Positions 29,730 through 38,863 are shown, numbered from the stretch's first letter. The stretch: 64,000 bases of DNA from an uncultured Actinomycetota bacterium (GCA_963753435.1 CAVWCF010000002.1:118410-182409), one strand, 5' to 3'. Made by a program: numbers and translations. Notes: a model not told the origin generated them from the letters alone.

Positions 29730-30970
29730 TGCCGCGAACTCCAGCGCCGGGAGATCAGCACCAGCGCCACCCCGATGACCAGAAGGGCCAGTGCCACCCA
29801 GATCTGTTCGAGCACGGCCCCCGGCAGACCCGAGTCAGCCAGCTCGGTCGGAGTGGCCGCACCGGCGGTTGGGGTGGCATCCGTTGATGTGTCGGGAGTC
29901 GTCGGTGACGCGCCGGGTGGCGTCGGCGCAGCCGTGTTCAACGTTGCCTGAAGTTGGGCAGTGAGGTCGGCGCCCGCGTCCGGGTCGGACACGCCGAGGG
30001 CGACGCCGGCCAGCAGGTAAAGCGCAGCCGCTCCGGGCCGGACCTGGCCGGAACTGTCGGTGATCGCACCGGGAAGGTCCGCGAGCATTGCCGCGTAGAT
30101 CTCGGTGGCCTTGGTCTTGCCGGCGTTGGCGGCAGCGAAAGACATGACGGCGAAGGCGCGCTGGTCGACAGAACTGAAGTTGGCCAGTGGCTGGTTCTCC
30201 AGCCAGTCCGCGGCGGCGAGCGCCGGGTCGGCGAACGGGCCCGGGCACGTGAGGTCCGCAACAGTGTCCGCAAAGGCGACCGGCGCCGGCACGGGATACC
30301 CGCTGCCAGCCGCGGCCGGCAATGCCTGCACGGTTGCCAGCAGGTCGGCCTGGCCGGAGTACGGGGCGATGAACCCGCCGATGTCCAGCGGGTCCGCTGA
30401 GCAGTCGGCCTGCTGTGCGATCAGACCGGAAGCCGTGTCCTGGCCGCTGAACGAGGTCGGATCGAGTCCCAGCGAGATCAATGCGCTGACAGCGAGACCG
30501 GAGGAGTTGGGGTCGGCACCGAAGCCGGGTTGGTACTGGAAGCCACCGGCCCCGTCCAGGACGGTGGCGAGGAAACCGGCTGCGTCGCTGGCCGCGTCGG
30601 TCTCGCCGACCGCCGCCAATGCCATGGCCGCAAGTGCGGTCAAGTTGGAGTCCTCGGCGGTGAACAGCGCGGGGTCGGGGGTGCACGCCGCGTCCAGCGC
30701 GAATCCCATGAATCCGCCGTCGGGGCACTGCTGCTCCAGCAGCCACGCAACTGCCGCGGGATCAACGCTGCCGCCGACGGCATCCAGCGCCAAGATGGAA
30801 AGGGACTGCCGGAACGTGCCGTCGTAGGTGGGGTCCTGGACCCCGTACATACCCACCTTGGCCGGGTCCTCGGTGGTCGCCGACAGCGCGGGCGCTGCTA
30901 GGGCGAATGCTGCGGTGATGCCGGCGGTGACTCCGATCGCGATTCCTCGCGCGATCACTGGAGCGGACAA
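29726..30970 (-). CDS. prenyltransferase/squalene-cyclase repeat (alpha/alpha barrel) surface protein
   Basis: Signal peptide, repeats WLLEQQCPDGGF / LDGAGGFQY..DPNSSGLAVSAL / LIAQQ..GGF, Thr/Pro linker, LADSG + TM + RR tail resembling a sortase signal. Confidence 0.75.
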   Translation of the reverse strand: MSAPVIARGIAIGVTAGITAAFALAAPALSATTEDPAKVGMYGVQDPTYDGTFRQSLSILALDAVGGSVDPAAVAWLLEQQCPDGGFMGFALDAACTPDPALFTAEDSNLTALAAMALAAVGETDAASDAAGFLATVLDGAGGFQYQPGFGADPNSSGLAVSALISLGLDPTSFSGQDTASGLIAQQADCSADPLDIGGFIAPYSGQADLLATVQALPAAAGSGYPVPAPVAFADTVADLTCPGPFADPALAAADWLENQPLANFSSVDQRAFAVMSFAAANAGKTKATEIYAAMLADLPGAITDSSGQVRPGAAALYLLAGVALGVSDPDAGADLTAQLQATLNTAAPTPPGASPTTPDTSTDATPTAGAATPTELADSGLPGAVLEQIWVALALLVIGVALVLISRRWSSRQ

Positions 30971-31029
30971 ACTTCCCCCTCAAGGAAACGGGCTGCGGTT
31001 TCGCCGAGCGCCCGTTGCCACACGACAAA

Positions 31030-31054
31030 CCCTCGATGCCACAGGCATCGAGGG
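31030..31054 (-). terminator. terminator/attenuator hairpin in the cobalamin riboswitch leader
   Basis: ccctcgatgcc-tgt-ggcatcgaggg followed by TTTG on the minus strand, between the aptamer and the first gene. Confidence 0.65.
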
Positions 31055-31076
31055 CGGGGTGTGGGTCTGTTGACCC

Positions 31077-31223
31077 GGCTCCCCCCGCAGTCCTCGACGG
31101 AATTACAGGAGCCACTGATGCGCTCGGTTGGTATCCCGGCTTGCCGCGTGGCACCCAAGGGTGCGCGGCCTACGGTTGCGGGTCAGCGCCGGATTCCGAC
31201 CGGCTTCCCCAACTCCGAGCATC
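31077..31223 (-). ncRNA. cobalamin riboswitch (compact form)
   Basis: Minus strand GGGGAAGCCGGTCGGAATCCGGCGCTGACCCGCAACCGT...GCAAGCCGGGATACC (B12 box), closing helix gatgctcgg..ttgg/ccaaccgagcgcatc, and a downstream ggctcc..ggagcc stem whose loop (tgcgg) complements ccgca. Confidence 0.9.
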
Positions 31224-31293
31224 TGTAGTTGTGGCGCGAACTGTCCCACACGGGTTGTTGGGGGGTCAAAGCACCGACACCTAGGCTGATGGC

Positions 31294-31503
31294 ATGTCTT
31301 GGTCTTGGCGGTATGAGAAGTCGGACGGCTCGGAAGTGACCGAAGCGGCTTTGGGCCGGTTCACCTTTCCGGCGCAGGCTGATGCCGAGACCTGGATCGG
31401 GGAGAACTGGCAGGACCTCTTGGCTCAAGGCGTGGACGCCGTGGTGCTGCTGGAGGGTGACCGGGTCGTCTACGGGCCGATGAGCCTGCACCCGGCGCAG
31501 TAG
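31294..31503 (+). CDS. conserved small actinobacterial hypothetical protein
   Basis: WSWRYE...FPAQADAETWIGENWQDLL..GV..V.LLE..VYGPMSL. TAGGCT -10 box 6 nt before ATG. Confidence 0.75.
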   Translation: MSWSWRYEKSDGSEVTEAALGRFTFPAQADAETWIGENWQDLLAQGVDAVVLLEGDRVVYGPMSLHPAQ

Positions 31504-31504
31504 C

Positions 31505-32503
31505 TCACCAGCGCGGACTCATCTCCTCGGTCCGGGCCGGGTCGGCCTCGATGACGTCGGCCAGCACCGCGTCGATCTGCGCGCACAACTCATCGGACAA
31601 CTCCACCTCGGTCGCGGCGACGTTGTCGGTCACCTGTTCCGGGCGTGTGGCGCCGATGATCGCCGCGGACACGTTGTCGTTGCGCAACACCCAGGCCAGG
31701 GCCAACTGGGCCATGCTCGCCCCGGCGGCTTCGGCGATAGGTCGGAGGCGGTCCACCGCCACGAGCACCTCGTCGCGCAGCATGCCCCTGATGAAGGTGC
31801 CGCCGGTCTCGTCGGTGGCCCGCGATCCCGGGGGGGCCGGTTCGCCCGGTCGGTATTTGCCGGTGAGGATCCCCTGGGCCAGTGGGCTCCAGACGATCTG
31901 ACCGACGCCCAGTTCGCGGCAAGTCGGGACCACTTCGCCCTCGATGACCCGATACAGCATCGAGTACTGCGGCTGGTTGCTGATGAGCCGGTCGAAACCC
32001 ATCTCGTCGGCGATCCGGTGGGCTTCCCGGATCTGCGCCGCGGTCCATTCGCTCACCCCGATGTACAGGACCTTGCCCGAACGCACCAGGTCTTCGAAGG
32101 CGCGCAGCGTCTCGACCAGCGGGGTGGAATGGTCGAAGCGATGTGCCTGGTAGAGGTCCAGGTAGTCGGTCTGCAGTCGCTTCAGCGAGGCATTGCAGGA
32201 CTCCACGATGTGCTTGCGGCCCAGCCCGCGGTCGTTGGGTCCCGGTCCGGTGGGCCAGAAGACCTTGGTGAAGATCTCCAGCCCTTCGCGGCGCTGACCG
32301 CTCAGCGCTCGGCCCAGCACTTCCTCGGCCTTGGTCGCGGCGTACACGTCGGCGGTGTCGAAGGTGGTGATGCCGGCGTCAAGGGCTGCGTGCACGCAGG
32401 CCTTCGCGGCGTCCTCTTCGACCTGCGAGCCGTGTGTGACCCAGTTGCCGAACGCGATCTCGGATACGGAAAGGCCGCTGCGGCCAAGACGGCGGTGCTT
32501 CAT
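31505..32503 (-). CDS. aldo/keto reductase (Kv-beta/Tas-like)
   Basis: FDTADVY, IFTK, LQTDYLDLYQAHRFD, YIGVSEW, QPQYSML, WSPLAQGILTGKY, IIGATRPEQV. Confidence 0.92.
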   Translation of the reverse strand: MKHRRLGRSGLSVSEIAFGNWVTHGSQVEEDAAKACVHAALDAGITTFDTADVYAATKAEEVLGRALSGQRREGLEIFTKVFWPTGPGPNDRGLGRKHIVESCNASLKRLQTDYLDLYQAHRFDHSTPLVETLRAFEDLVRSGKVLYIGVSEWTAAQIREAHRIADEMGFDRLISNQPQYSMLYRVIEGEVVPTCRELGVGQIVWSPLAQGILTGKYRPGEPAPPGSRATDETGGTFIRGMLRDEVLVAVDRLRPIAEAAGASMAQLALAWVLRNDNVSAAIIGATRPEQVTDNVAATEVELSDELCAQIDAVLADVIEADPARTEEMSPRW

Positions 32504-32571
32504 GCGGCGACGCTAGCGAAGCGCGGTGTCACCCGCGAACCGGCGCTGGCCAACCGCGGAGCGTCGCCGGT

Positions 32572-33156
32572 TCAGTCGGGGCGCTGTCCCCGCTTGACCT
32601 GCGGCTTGGGAACGCGCAGGGAGCGCATCTGCAGTCCACGCAAGACGGCGTAGGTGGTGGCTCCCTTGCGGTCGGCCTTCTCCGGCCAGCGGCGCTTCAG
32701 GTCCGACCGCAGTCGCAAGCCCAGGACGGTGGAGTCGACCACGACCAGCAAGGTCAACAGCAACCAGCCGTTGACGGTGAGAACTCGCAGCGCGGGGTTC
32801 GGGATCAGGCCAAGCAGGATGACGGCGATCGCTGCGGGCAGGAAGAACTCACCCATTGAGAAGCGGGAGTCCACCCAGTCGCGGGTGTAGCGACGTACCG
32901 GGCCCTGGTCTCGTCGCGGCAGGTACTTCTCTTCGCCGGCGAGCATCGCCTCGCGGGCTTTCGCCTGGGCGGCTCGAGCCTTGGCACGCTCGGCCTTACG
33001 GGCCTGCTTGGGGTCAGCGGCCACCTTCGCGCGCGCCTTGCGGGCGGCCTCGGCTTCTTTCCGGCTGGGCGTCGGGCGGCCTTTGCCCTGCGCTGGCCCG
33101 GACTCTTGTACTTCGCCGTTGGACACCGCTGTCGCCTTCTCCTGCGCTTCACTCAT
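32572..33156 (-). CDS. DUF3043 family membrane protein
   Basis: GKGRPTPSRKEAEAAR, YLPRRDQGPVRRYTRDWVDSR, two TM segments, RSLRVPKPQVKRG. Confidence 0.88.
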   Translation of the reverse strand: MSEAQEKATAVSNGEVQESGPAQGKGRPTPSRKEAEAARKARAKVAADPKQARKAERAKARAAQAKAREAMLAGEEKYLPRRDQGPVRRYTRDWVDSRFSMGEFFLPAAIAVILLGLIPNPALRVLTVNGWLLLTLLVVVDSTVLGLRLRSDLKRRWPEKADRKGATTYAVLRGLQMRSLRVPKPQVKRGQRPD

Positions 33157-33256
33157 CGCCGACAGCGTAACCGCGCCCCACCAGCGAGCCGACCGAACGC
33201 ATCCGGATTGACTAGGCTCGGTCTCACATAGTCGACGATGCCGGAAGGGGCCGACG

Positions 33257-34009
33257 ATGGGTCTTTGGCAGCGCTTCAAAATGATCTTCCAGTCGAAGAC
33301 CAGCGCGGCGCTGGACCGCGCCGAGGACCCGCGACAGACCCTCGACTACTCCTATGAGAAGCAACTGGAGTTGTTGCAGCAGGTGCGCCGTGGTGTCGCC
33401 GACGTCGCTACCAGCCGCAAGCGTCTGGAGTTGCAGGTCGATTCGCTGGAGCAGAAGGCGGCCAAGTTGGAGGGCCAAGCGCGGCAGGCGTTGGCCATGG
33501 GACGTGAGGACCTGGCCCGGGAGGCGTTGGCGCGCCGTTCCGGCCTCAACCAGCAGATGACCGACCTGCACACCCAGTTGGCCGGGCTGCAGGCGGAGGA
33601 AGAACGTCTCACCCAGGCCGCGCAGCAACTCCAGGCCCGCGTGGAGCAGTTCCGCACCCGCAAGGAGACGCTGAAGGCGACGTATACGGCGGCCGAGGCG
33701 CAGACGAAGGTGTCCGAGGCGTTCGGCGGCCTGTCCAAAGAGCTTTCCGACGTGGGCATGGCCGTTCAGCGGGCGGAGGACAAGACCGCGCAGATGCAGG
33801 CCCGCGCCGGCGCGCTGGACGAGTTGTTCGCCAGTGGTGCGCTGGAGGATGTCAGCGGATCGAGCAAGGACGACCTGACCCTGGAACTGGAGCGGATGTC
33901 CAGCGCCGGCGAGGTCGAGAACGAGTTGGCACGGCTGCGCGGTGAGCTCCCGGCCGCCGAGGCGCCGAAGGCGGTTGAACCGGGCGAGGCGGATTCGCCG
34001 TCGAACTGA
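33257..34009 (+). CDS. pspA: PspA/IM30 family protein
   Basis: LDRAEDPRQTLDYSYEKQ, REDLAREAL, AEDKTAQMQARAGALDEL, ENELARLR. Coiled-coil composition. Confidence 0.9.
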   Translation: MGLWQRFKMIFQSKTSAALDRAEDPRQTLDYSYEKQLELLQQVRRGVADVATSRKRLELQVDSLEQKAAKLEGQARQALAMGREDLAREALARRSGLNQQMTDLHTQLAGLQAEEERLTQAAQQLQARVEQFRTRKETLKATYTAAEAQTKVSEAFGGLSKELSDVGMAVQRAEDKTAQMQARAGALDELFASGALEDVSGSSKDDLTLELERMSSAGEVENELARLRGELPAAEAPKAVEPGEADSPSN

Positions 34010-34010
34010 G

Positions 34011-34907
34011 GTGAAAACTCGCTTCGCCCCTGATCGGGGCCTCAGTGCCCGGATGGGCTTGACGCTATTCGTCCTCGGCCTGCTGTACGTCGTCGCGATG
34101 GCCGTGCTCATCTGGTTCGGCTTTCCGGCCGTCTTCGTTGTCGGAATCGCCGCGGTGGTGCTGGTCGGCCAGTGGTACTACTCAGACCGCATCGCGCTCT
34201 ATGCCATGCGCGCCCAGGACGTTACGCCGGAGCAGGCCCCGGAGCTGCACGCGGTAATCGACCGGTTGTGCGCGATGGCCGACATGCCTAAGCCACGCGT
34301 GACTATTGCCCAATCGGACGTCCCGAATGCGTTCGCAACCGGTCGCTCACCCGAGAATTCAGCCGTCTGCGTCACCACCGGTCTGCTGCGCCGGCTCAAC
34401 CGGGACGAGGTGGAGGCGGTCTTGTCGCACGAGTTGTCGCACATCGCCCACCGGGACGTGACGGTGATGGCGGTGGCGTCGTTCGTAGGCGTCCTGGCCG
34501 GCGTGATGACCCGCTCGTTCCTCTGGGGTGGCATGTACCGACGCAGCGGCAACCAGAACACCGCGTTCGCGCTGCTAGCGGTGCTGGTTGTCAGCGTCAT
34601 CGTCTACATCGCGAGCTTCCTGCTGATCCGTGCGCTGGGCCGTTACCGGGAGCTGGCCGCCGACCGTGCGGGCGCACTGCTTACAGGCCGGCCCTCGCAT
34701 CTGGCCAGTGCCCTGCAGCGAATCCACGGGGAGATGGGCCAGATCCCCACCGAGGACTTGCGCCGTGCCGAGCCGGTCAACGCGTTCTTCTTCGCCCCCG
34801 CCTTGGCCGGTGGAGTCAGCCTGGCTTCGTTGCTGTCTACGCACCCGCCGTTGGATCGTCGGCTGGAGAACCTGGCCAAGGTGGCCGCGGAGTTGGGCCA
34901 GGCCTGA
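34011..34907 (+). CDS. htpX: zinc metalloprotease HtpX (M48)
   Basis: PNAFATGRSP, LSHELSHI (HExxH), RYRELAADR, STHPPL. Confidence 0.92.
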   Translation: MKTRFAPDRGLSARMGLTLFVLGLLYVVAMAVLIWFGFPAVFVVGIAAVVLVGQWYYSDRIALYAMRAQDVTPEQAPELHAVIDRLCAMADMPKPRVTIAQSDVPNAFATGRSPENSAVCVTTGLLRRLNRDEVEAVLSHELSHIAHRDVTVMAVASFVGVLAGVMTRSFLWGGMYRRSGNQNTAFALLAVLVVSVIVYIASFLLIRALGRYRELAADRAGALLTGRPSHLASALQRIHGEMGQIPTEDLRRAEPVNAFFFAPALAGGVSLASLLSTHPPLDRRLENLAKVAAELGQA

Positions 34908-34911
34908 CTAG

Positions 34912-35484
34912 ATGGGCTTCTGGGACGCGGTTCTGGGTCGACGCGCGCAACCGCGGCCCGACTTGGACGCCCTGTTCGCCCTACCGAGCGCTGCCATCGG
35001 GTTGGAGGTCGCCGGCTATCGGCCCACCGGGGTTGCCGCCGTCGGTTTCCGTGCCCCGACGGGGGAGGCGTTTCGGGCGCTGGAGGCCGAGGTGACCCAG
35101 TTGCTGGACGCCGACGGCGGTCCGGCGACCGAACGCACCAGCGACGAGTTCGGCTACACGTGGTTGCTGTGCCGCACCGAACCGCCGGACTTGGGCACGC
35201 TCGTGAGTGATCTGCACGCGGTGCACACCAGTCTCATCGACGACGGGTTCGGATCGTTCCTGTTGGCCGCAGTCGTCGCCTTCCGAGGCCCGGATGACCA
35301 ACCGCTGCTCCTGATCTATCCGCACAAGTCCGGGCGCTTCTACCCGTTCGCCCCGCGTGCGGATAAACGCCGGGACAACGTGGTGGAACTGCAGGTTCGC
35401 GATCTGCTGCAGCACGAAATGCCGCTCGAGCCGGACCTGACCCGCTGGTTCGCCCTGTGGGGTGCGCCCGGAAGCGCGGCCTAG
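34912..35484 (+). CDS. PspA-associated protein PspAB-like
   Basis: MGFWDAVLGR..PDLDALFALPSAAI, DEFGYTW, GRFYPFAP, RDNVVEL, EPDLTRWFALWGAPG. Directly after pspA-htpX. Confidence 0.72.
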   Translation: MGFWDAVLGRRAQPRPDLDALFALPSAAIGLEVAGYRPTGVAAVGFRAPTGEAFRALEAEVTQLLDADGGPATERTSDEFGYTWLLCRTEPPDLGTLVSDLHAVHTSLIDDGFGSFLLAAVVAFRGPDDQPLLLIYPHKSGRFYPFAPRADKRRDNVVELQVRDLLQHEMPLEPDLTRWFALWGAPGSAA

Positions 35485-35513
35485 AACGGCGCCACCTGGC
35501 CCCCGCAAGCACG

Positions 35514-36710
35514 TCAGTCCTTCGCGGCAGTGTCTCCAGGCAGGGCCAGCATCCGGTCCAGTGCGACCCGGGCCCAGTGCGCGGTGTCTTCGGCAACGGT
35601 GATGCGGTTGACCACTCGACCCTCGGCCAGGGACTCCAGCGCCCAGACCAGGTGCGGCAGGTCGATGCGGTTCATGGTCGAGCAGTAGCAGACGGTGCGG
35701 TCCAGGAACACAACCTGCTTGTCCGGGTTGTCCTGGGCCAGCCGCTTGACGAGGTTCAGTTCGGTGCCGACCGCCCATGCGGTGCCGGGTTCGGACGCCG
35801 ACACCGTCTTGATGATTTTCTCGGTGCTGCCGATGGCATCGGCCTTCAGGACGACCTCGTGACGGCACTCCGGGTGGGCGATGACGCGCACCCCCGGGAT
35901 GCGTTCGCGAACCTCGTCCACCGCGTCCGCAGTGAACCGGCCGTGAACTGAGCAGTGGCCGCGCCAGAGCAGCATCTTCGCCTGCCCCAGTTGATCGGCG
36001 GTTAGGCCGCCGTCCGGCTTGTGCGGGTTGTAGACGACGCAGTCGTCCAAACCCATGCCCAGTTCGAGCACGGCGGTGTTCCGGCCGAGGTGCTCATCGG
36101 GCAGGAACAGGACCCGCTCACCTTGTTCGAACGCCCATTCCAGCGCGCGCTGGGCGTTCGACGACGTGCAGATGGTGCCGCCGTTCCTGCCCGTGAAGGC
36201 TTTGATGTCCGCGGACGAATTCATGTACGTGACCGGAATCGTGGACTGCGCGAGGCCAGCGCGTTCCAGCACGGCCCAGGCGTCTTCGACCTGGTTGATC
36301 GCCGCCATGTCCGCCATGGAGCAGCCAGCCGCCAGGTCGGGCAGCACGACCTGCTGCCGGTCGCTGGTGAGGATGTCTGCGGACTCGGCCATGAAGTGCA
36401 CCCCACAGAAGACGATGAACTCCGCGTCGGGGCGTGCGGCGGCCTGCTGGGCCAATTTGAACGAGTCGCCGGTCACATCGGCGAACGCGATGACCTCGTC
36501 ACGTTGGTAGTGGTGCCCAAGCACGAAGACCCGGTCGCCAAGCGACTCCTTGGCCCGGCGGGCGCGTTCGACCAGATCCGGGTCGGACGGGGCCGGCAGG
36601 TCGCCGGGGCACTCGACGCCACGCTCGCTGTTGGGATCGGATTCTCGACCGAGCAGCAGCAAGGCCAACGGCGTCGCCTGGACACCGTCTGGGAGGTCGG
36701 TCTGGGTCAC
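35514..36710 (-). CDS. nadA: quinolinate synthase
   Basis: LGHHYQRDE, FCGVHFMAESA, AGCSMADM, YMNSSA, GHCSVH, AHPEC, YCSTMNRI (three Fe-S cysteines). Confidence 0.96.
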   Translation of the reverse strand: MTQTDLPDGVQATPLALLLLGRESDPNSERGVECPGDLPAPSDPDLVERARRAKESLGDRVFVLGHHYQRDEVIAFADVTGDSFKLAQQAAARPDAEFIVFCGVHFMAESADILTSDRQQVVLPDLAAGCSMADMAAINQVEDAWAVLERAGLAQSTIPVTYMNSSADIKAFTGRNGGTICTSSNAQRALEWAFEQGERVLFLPDEHLGRNTAVLELGMGLDDCVVYNPHKPDGGLTADQLGQAKMLLWRGHCSVHGRFTADAVDEVRERIPGVRVIAHPECRHEVVLKADAIGSTEKIIKTVSASEPGTAWAVGTELNLVKRLAQDNPDKQVVFLDRTVCYCSTMNRIDLPHLVWALESLAEGRVVNRITVAEDTAHWARVALDRMLALPGDTAAKD

Positions 36711-36731
36711 CAGGCAATCGTTACACAGGGG

Positions 36732-36974
36732 TTAGTGCACGGTCCCCACGTAGGAGAGCACGTAGATCGGGGCCAGGGTCTCCACGATCAGCGATTCGGC
36801 CGCGGTCAAGCCGGCCTTCGGCGTGATCCGGTACAGATGCACGTAACCGTCTGCGTCCGGGAGGCTCACCTCGTGTCCGATACCGCCGTGGGCTGTGACG
36901 TCGAGTTCGAGGGTGTGCCCGTCCATGGGGCCGCCGACGAGGAGCAGCTTCTGGGTACGCCCTTCAGTGAACAT
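36732..36974 (-). CDS. small hypothetical protein with LVGGPMDG motif
   Basis: 80 aa, protein-like, TACAGT -10 box 6 nt before ATG. Confidence 0.6.
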   Translation of the reverse strand: MFTEGRTQKLLLVGGPMDGHTLELDVTAHGGIGHEVSLPDADGYVHLYRITPKAGLTAAESLIVETLAPIYVLSYVGTVH

Positions 36975-37048
36975 ACGTTCACTGTAATGGGATGGCTCGC
37001 GGCTGTCACCGACACGCCGAGGCGATTTGGGTAACTGTCAGTAACCGT

Positions 37049-37303
37049 TCATCCACCGTTTATCGAGCGATCGCGGACGAGCAGGGGGTAGTTGGTGCCG
37101 AAGTAGTCCACGACTGCGTCTGTCAACGCCCATTCGCCCTCGAACTCGGCGTCGGGGTCGTCGCCACGCGCCACGATGTAGCGGACGTCCTGGGGATGCG
37201 ATCCCAGGCGCCGAGCCACTCGCTTGATCACCGCGCGCGAATGGTGCAGGTCGTAGAGGGTGATTACCGGTTCACCTTCGGCAAGTTCCGCTGCTTCGGT
37301 CAT
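37049..37303 (-). CDS. small hypothetical protein
   Basis: 84 aa MTEAAELAEGEPVITLYDLHH...; TAGGTT -10 box 7 nt before ATG 37303. Confidence 0.6.
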   Translation of the reverse strand: MTEAAELAEGEPVITLYDLHHSRAVIKRVARRLGSHPQDVRYIVARGDDPDAEFEGEWALTDAVVDYFGTNYPLLVRDRSINGG

Positions 37304-37380
37304 GACCTTGAACCTACTGACTGACCGCGGGCGCCCGGCCACGGTCCAACGTCCCGAACCGGCGTCCATAGGGTCCGCTT

Positions 37381-38397
37381 GTGGTGGCAACGCGCATCCT
37401 CGTGGCGCCGGACAAGTTCGCCGGCACCCTTACTGCGGCGGCGGCCGCTGCTGCGATCGCGCAGGGCTGGCGGCGCCGGGTCCCGGAAGCGGTGTGCGAC
37501 TTGGCACCGCTGGCAGACGGCGGCCCCGGTTTCGTGCGAACCATGCATGCCGCCTTGGGTGGTGAAGTCCGCCAATGCCCGACGACCGGGCCGACCGGCG
37601 ACCCGGTGACGGCAGAGTGGCTGTGGACGCCCGACACCGCCTATGTAGAGGCGGCAGAGGCCGCGGGCCTGCATCTGACGGCCGAGCCGCGCAATGCCAT
37701 GGCCGCCTCCTCCGCGGGTCTGGCCGCGGTTCTTGCGGCTGCCGCCGGGTCCGGAGTGACCGCGGTGGTGGTTGGGGTCGGCGGCACGGGCAGCACCGAT
37801 GGCGGCAGGGACCTGGTGCTGGCACTACGACCGTGGCCGGAAACAGTTGAGCTGGTCGTCGCCACCGATGTCGACAATCCGCTCCTGGGGCCGGATGGGG
37901 CGGCAGCGGTGTTCGGACCGCAGAAGGGTGCGGATGCGGCTCAGGTACGTGCCCTGGAGGAGCGGCTGCGGTCATGGGCGGCGGAGTGCCGCGTTGATCC
38001 GGAGTTGCCCGGCGCCGGGGCCGGGGGCGGGCTTGGCTACGGCCTGATGGCCCTGGGGGCGCGGCGGGTGTCCGGCGCCCAGGTGGTGCTGGACGCGGTG
38101 CTGTCCGCAGATCGCCTCGCCGCCGCCGACATTGTCGTCACCGGTGAGGGTTCCTTCGACTTTCAGAGCCTGCGGGGCAAACTCATCAGCTCGGTGGCCG
38201 GGAGGGCCCAGGGCGCTGGACTGCCCTGCCTCGTGCTGGCCGGGCAGGTCAGCGTGGGCCGGCGCGAGGCAGCCGCTGCGGGCATCGAGGCCTGCTACTC
38301 GATGGCGGAAAGATTCGGACCCGCGGAAGCGTTGGCCAATGCCGAGGCGCGACTGGCGGACCTGGCTGCGGAGGTCGCAGGGTCCTGGAGTCGCTGA
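37381..38397 (+). CDS. glycerate kinase
   Basis: APDKFAGTL, LADGGPG, GGTGSTDGG, ATDVDNPLLG..GAAAVFGPQKGA, GAGAGGGLGY, TGEGSFDFQSLRGK. Confidence 0.9.
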   Translation: MVATRILVAPDKFAGTLTAAAAAAAIAQGWRRRVPEAVCDLAPLADGGPGFVRTMHAALGGEVRQCPTTGPTGDPVTAEWLWTPDTAYVEAAEAAGLHLTAEPRNAMAASSAGLAAVLAAAAGSGVTAVVVGVGGTGSTDGGRDLVLALRPWPETVELVVATDVDNPLLGPDGAAAVFGPQKGADAAQVRALEERLRSWAAECRVDPELPGAGAGGGLGYGLMALGARRVSGAQVVLDAVLSADRLAAADIVVTGEGSFDFQSLRGKLISSVAGRAQGAGLPCLVLAGQVSVGRREAAAAGIEACYSMAERFGPAEALANAEARLADLAAEVAGSWSR

Positions 38398-38441
38398 GCG
38401 GCGAGTGTCGGGTGTCCGGGTTTGCTGCGGTGTGTCAGTAT

Positions 38442-38467
38442 GGAATACCGCTGCTGGCACCTTGGTT
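38442..38467 (+). promoter_or_regulatory. SigR/SigH-type (thiol stress) promoter for the A-type Fe-S carrier gene
   Basis: GGAAT-N18-GTT, exact spacing, ~50 nt before the start. Confidence 0.7.
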
Positions 38468-38515
38468 GCCGACAGTGACAAGCCCAAGCCAGTGACGATC
38501 GAACAAGGAGTGCAA

Positions 38516-38863
38516 GTGACCGTCACCCCTGACACCACCACCGGCGTGGTGCTGACCGAGACCGCCGCCTCGAAGGTCAAGAACCTCTTGGAGCAGGAAG
38601 GTCGCAGCGACCTGGCTCTTCGAGTGGCCGTTCAGCCGGGTGGTTGCTCGGGCCTGCGATACCAGTTGTTCTTCGACGAGCGCACGCTCGACGGTGACGC
38701 CACCCACGAGTACGACGGTTTCAGCGTGGTCGTGGACCGCATGAGCGTTCCGTACCTCAAGGGCGCATCCATCGATTTCGTGGACACCATTGAGAAGCAG
38801 GGCTTCACCATCGACAACCCCAACGCGACGGGTTCGTGCGCCTGTGGGGACTCCTTCCACTAA
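38516..38863 (+). CDS. erpA: iron-sulfur cluster assembly A-type carrier (HesB/IscA/ErpA)
   Basis: LRVAVQPGGCSGLRY, NPNATGSCACGDSF. SD aaggag upstream. Confidence 0.92.
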   Translation: MTVTPDTTTGVVLTETAASKVKNLLEQEGRSDLALRVAVQPGGCSGLRYQLFFDERTLDGDATHEYDGFSVVVDRMSVPYLKGASIDFVDTIEKQGFTIDNPNATGSCACGDSFH

